From a virus (taxonomy: Duplodnaviria > Caudoviricetes), in IMG/VR virus record IMGVR_UViG_3300050821_001527, positions 138,883-202,882 of that record: a stretch of 64,000 nt of DNA. One strand, given 5' to 3'. Of the stretch, positions 41,526 to 49,132 are shown piece after piece (within the stretch, counting starts at the first letter, position 1; the number at the start of each line of letters is the position of its first letter). Below the pieces are notes generated by a model, which was not told the DNA's origin, searched no databases, and was given only the letters and a program-made list of their open reading frames with translations. Both the position numbers and the translations under genes were made by a program.

Positions 41526-44500
41526 ATGCAACGCACACTCAAAGATGCAAGTTGGGATAAGCCTTATGCCGTCATCGGCATCATAGACGCTTACGGGGCC
41601 ATCCACCATCGCCCTGTGACCCTCAACAATGATGCGAAGTCCCATGACCATTACTGGCCGGGGCAGACCCATAAGCGTTGGCGTTTGACGATTTCCGAAT
41701 GGCAGTTGGAGAACAGCGTCCTGTCCCGCGAAAACAAACTGACCCCGGAGGAAGCGGAGGACGTGTATGCCGTGTGTCGTAAAGCCTATACCCCGCCTCG
41801 CTGGTTGGTCAAGGGCGAGGAATGGGAGGCGTTAGGTCGTCCGCGCTCTGGCAAGGCTTACGACGCCCACTGTGCCAAGTGGGACGCTATTATGGCCAAA
41901 CCGCAATGGCCATGAGATACGAACGCCGCTCCTATCATACGTGGTATGTCTGGACGCCCAAGGGCAGGCTCTATTGTGTCTCCACCCTCAACCGCAAGCG
42001 CATGATGAAACAGCTTAAACGCTCTAGGAAAAACCTGCGAAAATTGGGCCATTGGGCTTGACAGGCGGGAAAAGACTGGTAGATTCATTATATGGCCCGA
42101 AGCAAAAAGACTAATCCGAGTCCCAAGAAGGTTGTTGATTTGTCCAAGGTGGACATTAGCAACGATTTCCGCGATTTTCCTCAACTCTACTCGACCCCCG
42201 AGGACATTCAGAAGTATATCGGCGAGCGCAAGTTGGACGTGCCCGTCCTGAGCCATATCTTGAAGCTGCGCGAAACCGGGAAACTCGATGCAACCCCCAC
42301 GGAATTAGAGTTTTACTTCGCGGAACTGTTCGATTACATCTACGACGTTTACCGTGTCCCGGTGCCGGAAACTTATCGCCGCATGGACGACTGGTTGCAG
42401 CATATCGAACTGGAACTGGTCTATGGTGGCTTTGCCCATGTTCGTGCCCATGCGTATGAATTTGCCCTTAACCGCTACCGCACCCACAAAGAGTCCGAGG
42501 CCATATTCAAGGACATTGGTGTTGAGCGCGACCCGCTGCCCCAAATCAACTGTGTCACCAAATTGGAGATAGAACACCATCCCCAATTCTACATCAGCAC
42601 GAACCCGAAGCTGATTGAGTCGTTTTGGATTCACTCGTCCCGCCACTCAGGGCAACCCGAACGTGTTGGCGATGAAGCCTATATGCGAGTCCATGTTTAC
42701 CCGGACAGGGTTTACATCATGGGCTGCGACGACTGCTCCTACACCTTGCGAACCAAGAACGCTGACGAGGCTAAGGCTTTCGCGGAGTATCTGAAAACCG
42801 CCGCCCCGGTCTGGTGCTTTGGGAATTTTAAGCAGATTCACAAAGACCTTGAATTTACGAATTGACAAGGGTAGAAAACCTGCTAGGATTAGATTATGGA
42901 CTGGCAACCGACAATGCGACATGCTGAAATTAACGGAGTCAAGCTTACCGAAGGACAGGCTATGACAATCCATGCCGCTTTAGTGGGTTTCTCGCAGGAT
43001 TTGAGGGCCAACGGTCTTGGCGAGGACGAGCATGGAAAAACGATGACCCGTCTCTATCTCAAAAACATCCAGAGCCTTTTTGACCTTTACCTGAACAAGT
43101 AAACTATGGGTTACGAATACATCCAAACCACGGAAGTCAAAGGCGTTACAGCCGAGAAAGTCGCCGACGAAATCTCGAAGCTGATGCAGCTACGCTGTGT
43201 CAACAAAATCGTCGTAAAGCACGTCGGCGGTTGGATTTACGACATTTCCTGCGAGAACGAGGAACATGGAGTCACTTACTAACATGCCTAAAGTAACCAA
43301 AGAACTGATTCGCAAATTTGAAATCGGCGACCCGTTGACCGATAACGAATGCCGCGCCCTGTATGACTTTTTCGCGGAGCTACAGGATAGCCTGTCACTG
43401 ATGGGTGCGGAATACCATATCGCTTGGGTGCCAATCATGCACAAACGAAACGCGGTGGAGGGTTATCTTCGCGCCCGCAACAAGAATGTATGAACTGGTG
43501 GAAGCAACGCCGCAATGGTCAACCGACCAAATCCAAGTCCAAAAAAGGCTCGTTCTTTAACAGCGCGAACGTTACTTGGGTTTGCCTCAAGCACGGTAAG
43601 ACTTCCCGCTCCCGTTTTGGCGCGTCCTGCCCGGTCTGCCGCGAACCTATGAAGTCTATGGGCTATCGTTGGCGTGTGGGACGCAATGGGCAGCTAACCA
43701 AGCAAGAAAACTTTACAAAGTCCAAGCTAGACCGCAGAGCATCAAGAATATGAGAACATCACAACTCGAACCGGCTCTCAAAGAGTCATTCACTGAAATC
43801 GAATCGGCCACCAGCCGTAAACGCGGCAAAAAGCTTTACATGACTGTCAAGCTTAAAAAGTGGAGTCTGGACAACCATCGCCTCATGTTGAAGATTCAGG
43901 AGGCGTTGAAAAGCTACTTCCCGCGCATTTCCATGACCAGTTTCGGCGGGGAGAATGCCACGTTCCGACTTAACCCTTGACACGCCCGAAAATCCTGATA
44001 GATTAAGTATATGAAAGACCTACTCGAAGCGTTGCAAATCATGGCGAAGTATATGGACGACGAGTATGCTCCCACCTGTTGCGAGCATGACGTGCTGTAT
44101 GTCCCCACGGTTGACTACGACAAGGTATCCGCTGCCGACAAAAAGCGTCTGGATGAATTGGGATTCATTGAAAACACGGACGGCGGGCAGGGGTTCATGT
44201 CTTATCGTTTCGGAAGTTGCTGATTTATGACTACGTTATCCAAAGCCCGCGCAGACCAAATCGCCGACGAGTGGAGTGGAGCTTATCGCGCTGATTACAA
44301 TGGCCGCGAAGTTTCCGTCCAGATTATCCGCGCATTGTTCGAGGAAGGAATTAACAAGGCCGACGCGAGGGAAATCTATTTCTCGAAACACCTTCGCTGG
44401 TTCTTCGACGGACAGGGCGACAATGTGCCGGTGAAGGTCGCGGCGGAACGCTTCAAGGCGTATCTTAAACGCAACGCCAACTCCGTAAAAAGCATGTTCA

Positions 44501-45229
44501 AGAGCGAACTGCAACGCCCCTTGTCCGTTCAAGGACTGGGATGGAACGAGTGATTTATGAAATTCCGAGAGCTAAAGGTAGGCGACACGTTCCGATTCAG
44601 GTCGGAACATAGCCCGGAAGAAATCCGCAAGAAAGTCGCCTATCGAAAGTATGTGGACTTTCAAACTCGCACCATTTATGGTCTTGGCCCCGGCGACCCG
44701 AATTACGTGAAAAAAGCAAGGGGCGAATCGCCAGTAGTAAAAGTATGAAGCCCGGATATACGCTGGTCTATTTTGAATGTTGGACACACCCGCAGTCGGG
44801 TAGAGTCTTTCGCCAAAAGACCACAGAGCATTCTAGGTCGCTGGCAAAGTTGCAGAAACTTATCGTTTCTCGCAGGAAGCTTTACAAACAATGGAACAAC
44901 GGACGCTTCATAAGGGGCATACGTTATTTCGAGACTTTTGAGATATGTTAGACATAGCACCAAACGAATTTTTCCTCGAAGAAATTGTCTTCCTCGAAAC
45001 CGTCATCAAGCGCATGGCGGGGCGAGACGTTGATTCGTGGGCAGTCTTTACCAAGGAACCGGCGAACCAAAAAGGATACGTCTGGTGGGTGAACAGATAC
45101 GAGCATGGCGGGCACATCCTATCTCCCATGTGGGTGAAGGAAACCCGCAAGAAACTCGTTGGCAGGCCATTGGCTGAGTGCATTAAGCTCGCCCTGTCTT
45201 ACGAGAGGTCTTACGCGGACGGTTGGTAA
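41526..45229 (+). other. Array of about 13 hypothetical CDS (including 41526-41915, 42092-42865, 42896-43102, 43266-43493, 44011-44223, 44227-44553, 44945-45229)
   Basis: Several leaderless promoter-proximal starts. Confidence 0.65.
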
Positions 45230-45244
45230 TTTAATTCAATTTAT

Positions 45245-45622
45245 ATGGAATTTCACAAGCATTGGACTTTTCAGGAGCGAAGCGTGGATTGGGCGCACAA
45301 GTGTTTCGGCCCCGTCATCGTGAACAACACGAAGGAGCGCGGGCATCGTTTCCTTGAGGAAGCTGTAGAACTGTTCCAGTCAATCGGACGCCCCAAAGAG
45401 GAAGCTCTGGCGTTGGTGGATTATGTCTATGGTCGCCCGGTGGGTGACAGGCAGCAGGAGATTGGCGGGGTAATGGTCACGCTGGCCGTTCTCTGCGCGG
45501 CTCTAGGCGAGGACATGCACGAACTTGGCGACACGGAACTGGGGCGAGTCATCCAGAAGATTGATAAAATCCGCGCCAACCATCAAGCAAAAATTGCAAT
45601 CAGACCACCAACAGAAATTTAA
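45245..45622 (+). CDS. MazG-like NTP pyrophosphohydrolase
   Basis: ERGHRFLEEAVEL...QEIGGVMVTL. Confidence 0.65.
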   Translation: MEFHKHWTFQERSVDWAHKCFGPVIVNNTKERGHRFLEEAVELFQSIGRPKEEALALVDYVYGRPVGDRQQEIGGVMVTLAVLCAALGEDMHELGDTELGRVIQKIDKIRANHQAKIAIRPPTEI

Positions 45623-45890
45623 CCATTATGATTACTGACTCCATTGTGTCCAGTTGTGGTGGGTGGGACGAGGCCGGTGAATACGGCGACGTTCAACTCT
45701 ATCAAGCCGTTCTTGCCATTGATACCAAAAAGTTCAAAAAGGGGCAGACCGTCGAGACTATAAGCTTCGTATTCTCCAAGAGCCTGTGCCAAATTTGGGA
45801 CAAGGCGGGCTGCGAAAGCGCAGATGGGTGTCAGCCTATGGAAGTAATTGAGGAATTTGCGCTCGTTCTCACGCCCGTCTTTAACCTGTA

Positions 45891-46223
45891 ATGCGCGTAA
45901 AATTCCAAGTCCCCATTCACGACGTTGCCGTGGTTGTAACAGTCACGGATAACATTCCCGCCGCCTACAAGAAAGAGTTCGGTATAGAGATAGGCGACAG
46001 TCGGATGGCGTGTCTAGGCTATCATGGCCGCAAGTTCGGATTGTTTTTCGAGCCTGCCGCCAAACGCAGACTGGAAATCGTCGCACATGAAATCTTTCAC
46101 CTGACCCACCGCATTCTTGAGAAGAACTGCATGAATTTTGACGAGTTGCACCATGAGCAGGGTGCGTATCTCTGCGAATATCTGACCAAGCGAGTGCTGA
46201 AAATTCTGAACCAAAAGCAATGA
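45891..46223 (+). CDS. HExxH zincin-like protein
   Basis: IVAHEIFH...EQGAYL. Confidence 0.55.
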   Translation: MRVKFQVPIHDVAVVVTVTDNIPAAYKKEFGIEIGDSRMACLGYHGRKFGLFFEPAAKRRLEIVAHEIFHLTHRILEKNCMNFDELHHEQGAYLCEYLTKRVLKILNQKQ

Positions 46224-46891
46224 AACCCAAACGCATCTATCTAGTCCGTCACGGCCAGTCGGAAGGCAACGTGGATAGGGCTGTTCGCGCTCTAAAGCCC
46301 GATTACGCCCTCAAGCTTACCGAAACGGGCATTAGGCAGGCCGATGCCGTGGGCAGGGAGCTACTGCAACAGATAGGATTGCAGCCAGTCCAGTTCTATA
46401 TCTCCCCGTTCTGGCGCACACGTCAGACCTATCAGCAAATCGTGAAGTTTTTCCCGCTCTCCAATTTTTACGAAGACCCTCGCCTTCGTGAACAGGAATG
46501 GGGTCATTTCAGGGACGAGCAGCGTGACGTGCCTTTGGAAAAGGAGCGCGACAGCTATGGACACTTCTACTATCGCCTGCCTGATGGCGAGTCGTGCGCT
46601 GATGTTTACGACAGGGTAAGCGACATGATTCAAACCATGTGGCGTGACTTTGCCAAGCCGGAATATCCGAGCGAGGTTATCGTGGTCAACCACGGCATGA
46701 CCATGCGTGTGTTTCTCATGCGCTGGCTACACTGGTCGGTGGAAGAATTTGAAATCATTGCCAACCCCGGCAACTGCGAATATCACTTGTTGGAACTGGA
46801 CGAGCGCACCGACAGGTATAAACTGGTCACAAAGCCGCGCCGTTACGAGAGTTACAATCACCCTTACCAGTTTGATTGGAAAACCGCGTGA
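46220..46891 (+). CDS. Histidine phosphatase (phosphoglycerate mutase superfamily)
   Basis: LVRHGQSEGN, LTETG..QA, SPFWRTRQT, LREQEWG, GES..DV..R, VNHG. Confidence 0.92.
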   Translation: MKPKRIYLVRHGQSEGNVDRAVRALKPDYALKLTETGIRQADAVGRELLQQIGLQPVQFYISPFWRTRQTYQQIVKFFPLSNFYEDPRLREQEWGHFRDEQRDVPLEKERDSYGHFYYRLPDGESCADVYDRVSDMIQTMWRDFAKPEYPSEVIVVNHGMTMRVFLMRWLHWSVEEFEIIANPGNCEYHLLELDERTDRYKLVTKPRRYESYNHPYQFDWKTA

Positions 46892-47367
46892 ACCAATATA
46901 TTTCATTTTTAATCGCCACCGGGGACTTACGCTGTGTCGAGCAAAGGTTTGGCAAGCGCAAGTATCAGTGGTTCCAAACAGTTAGCCCTTGGCTGGACAA
47001 CGGAAGGGAATTGGATGCGTGGATGATTCCAATTCTTAATTGTGCTTGACAGACCCCGAATGCTTTGGTAGGGTTAGAACATGCAAGACGAACCAGTAAT
47101 CGGGTGGCCTTTGGAAGATGCCTTGAAATTGATTTCCGAGGCGTATGACATTTACGCTTGGCTGGACGTGAACAAAACTACCCATCGTTCCATTCGCCTG
47201 ACGCCCGAAAACGCGAGACAGTGGTGCATCGAAGTCGCCGGGGATGGATTCAAGAAAATCCCCCTGTTTCGCAACGGCACCACGATTTTTCTCGGCAGCG
47301 TCGAGGGAAGAATTTAACCCTTGACAAGCGGGGAAAAGGTGTGTAGGGTTAGAGTATAAGATTTTTC

Positions 47368-47382
47368 GTTCTTTTGACAATT
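47368..47382 (+). promoter_or_regulatory. BoxA-like element in the ncRNA operon leader
   Basis: GTTCTTTTGACAATT between the promoter at 47321 and the tRNA-like elements; resembles rrn boxA. Confidence 0.4.
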
Positions 47383-47391
47383 ATAGTCTCC

Positions 47392-47463
47392 GTGTCATTC
47401 GTCTAATGAAGGACAATCGGGCCTTGAACCCGAAAAGTATAGGACGCAATGCCTTTATGATAA
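47392..47463 (+). tRNA. Degenerate tRNA-Gln(TTG)-like element
   Basis: D stem GTCT/GGAC; anticodon arm TCGGG-CCTTGAA-CCCGA; weak T arm ATAGG/CCTTT lacking TTC; no CCA. Confidence 0.55.
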
Positions 47464-47748
47464 ACGGCGGCAAGGGATTGAGTTTTGATTGTAAAACATG
47501 CCGTGCATGGCCTGTTTCTTAGTCCCGCGTTTTTTTCCTGCAAGAAACTCGTTCGGTGGGTATTGCGATAGACTAAAAACCCTCCAAGGCGGCAAGTGCC
47601 CCGGTTCTGATACAGCCGAAAACTTGCATGTGGATTGCATCTACCAGTCCAGCTTTTAGACTTTTGTGCTACAACAATAATCCGTTAGGTTGCTGATTCG
47701 ATAATATGCAAACAGTGTTAGCTCTTTGACTACAACAAAGACCGCCGT
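47464..47748 (+). ncRNA. tRNA-scaffold RNA 3 (285 nt)
   Basis: Acceptor-like ACGGCGG/CCGCCGT stacked on a T-like arm TCTTTG-ACTACAA-CAAAGA; internal stems GTTTT/AAAAC, GTTTCTT/AAGAAAC, TTGCATGT/ATATGCAA; no ORF. Confidence 0.6.
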
Positions 47749-47835
47749 TTTATTCCTCCTAGAAAGGGTTTTGGGGCGCAATCCAAAATTACAATTTCAG
47801 TTGACAATGGTAGAAACATTTGCTTAAATTAGACT

Positions 47836-48222
47836 ATGAAAATCAAAATCAATCGTGAATCTCTCGACGCTTTCGCTTCCCGCCTGTTCTATCTGGCGTG
47901 GCAGGCTTGTGGTGGCCCGCTTGGTATGGGTGTCTTTCAAGACCGTCCCGGTGCCTCCGAAAAGGACGTTTTCAACAATGTAATCACGGCGGGCGACTAC
48001 GCCGGGGCGTTTGGTCGCGGCAAAAACGAGGTCTATGGCGACTACGTGTTTGGCCGAATGATGAAGTTCGGATTCACCATCTTGGACGATGGCGTTATCC
48101 AGTTCCGCAACACGGACTTCCGCCCCGATTATCAAGGGTTCTCGCGCAAGTATCCCACGATTGAAGCCTTGTTGAAGGCCACCGTGGAAAGCACCGGCAT
48201 CCCATACGAAGTTGTGGAGTAA
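47836..48222 (+). CDS. Hypothetical protein between the ncRNA blocks
   Basis: Leaderless start after TTGACA-18-TAAATT. Confidence 0.75.
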   Translation: MKIKINRESLDAFASRLFYLAWQACGGPLGMGVFQDRPGASEKDVFNNVITAGDYAGAFGRGKNEVYGDYVFGRMMKFGFTILDDGVIQFRNTDFRPDYQGFSRKYPTIEALLKATVESTGIPYEVVE

Positions 48223-48226
48223 TTTG

Positions 48227-48354
48227 GTCTGCCCCATACGCTCTGGTTAATGCGGACGGGTTAAGCGGGATGCTTCCTATCCAAAGACAGATGGCAGACA
48301 GGTTCCGCGTGTTCGCGGACGCACCGCTAGATTGAACCAGCAAGACTAGCGGGG
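48227..48354 (+). ncRNA. Structured non-coding elements (73-nt closed element plus a pseudoknot-like element)
   Basis: GTCTGCC/GGCAGAC; CCGCG/CGCGG; CCGCTAG/CTAGCGG with loop GAACC complementary to GGTTC at 48301. Confidence 0.45.
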
Positions 48355-48358
48355 AATT

Positions 48359-48632
48359 TGACGTGTGGCGGAATGTAAAGACGCAAGGCGAAAACACGGT
48401 CTAGCTGAGTAAGTCGGGGAGAACGCTACCCGAAAGTAAACTACTGAAATGCGGCAAGTCCTGAATTGACAGGCAGCGCGAACTGACCAGAACCAACTGG
48501 TGATACCGTTGATGGCGTAAGTAGCTCCACCATCAATCTGTGTGTAAGACCAATGGCTGAAATATGCCGACAGAAAGCGCATAAGATTAGTGAGCCGATA
48601 TATCCATGCAGGTTTAAATCCTGCCACGTCAA
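48359..48632 (+). ncRNA. tRNA-scaffold RNA 4 (about 273 nt, Leu/Ser-like ends)
   Basis: Perfect acceptor TGACGTG/CACGTCA; TG-GCG-GAATGTAAAGA-CGC D arm; T arm GCAGG-TTTAAAT-CCTGC; about 220-nt multi-hairpin insert. Confidence 0.75.
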
Positions 48633-48958
48633 AAAAATTCAATAAATATCAACGCTCAAGAGATTGACAACTACATCAAGGCGAATCACGCCGAAGCTTG
48701 GCCCGCAGTCAAGGCCGCTATCAGGCAGGCGATGGCTTATGCCGTCGAGGTCAACAACCAGAAGCCAAGGACAGTGATGGTTGAACACAATGGTCTTTGG
48801 GCTGGACGTGTCGCCACTGATGTTGAGGGCGAACTGAGTGTTATCATCGCCAATGACAACGCTTTCGACTTGCTCCAAGGCCGTTCCCCGCTTCCTTACG
48901 TCAAAGACATTACCCCAAGCGAGGCGACCCGCAAAAGACTTGTTGAAATTGCCACCGC

Positions 48959-49111
48959 ATGAACGCATTCGAGCAGGGCTATCAAGCTAACTTGCTCTCT
49001 GAAAACCCCTTTTGGAAGGACTATCCTAACCAGAAAACCCCGGACGACGAAAAGATTCGAGCGTGGCAATGGGTGGACGGTTACGTGCAGAAAATCATTG
49101 ACAATCACTGA
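48959..49111 (+). CDS. Ribosome-modulation-factor-like small protein (absent from the ORF track)
   Basis: MNAFEQGYQA...ENPF...RAWQWVDGY resembles the RMF pattern A..RGYQA...CPY...R..WL.GW. Confidence 0.45.
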   Translation: MNAFEQGYQANLLSENPFWKDYPNQKTPDDEKIRAWQWVDGYVQKIIDNH

Positions 49112-49132
49112 CAACCTTGATAGTCTCATTCT

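Noticed and set aside
47560-47780. Long-range pairing AAAACCCT/AGGGTTTT as an RNA boundary
   Set aside because: It conflicts with the better-supported ACGGCGG/CCGCCGT closure and with the local TTTTGG/CCAAAA hairpin.
48385-48607. Group I intron inside a tRNA-Leu
   Set aside because: There is only a faint P-element resemblance. I could not form P7 (no GACUA/UAGUC-type pair), and joining the flanks gives no anticodon stem-loop. Not formally excluded without Infernal.
34541-48632. tmRNA or RNase P RNA
   Set aside because: No G3:U70 alanine acceptor, no evident tag reading frame, and no RNase P GAGGAAAGUCC-type core.
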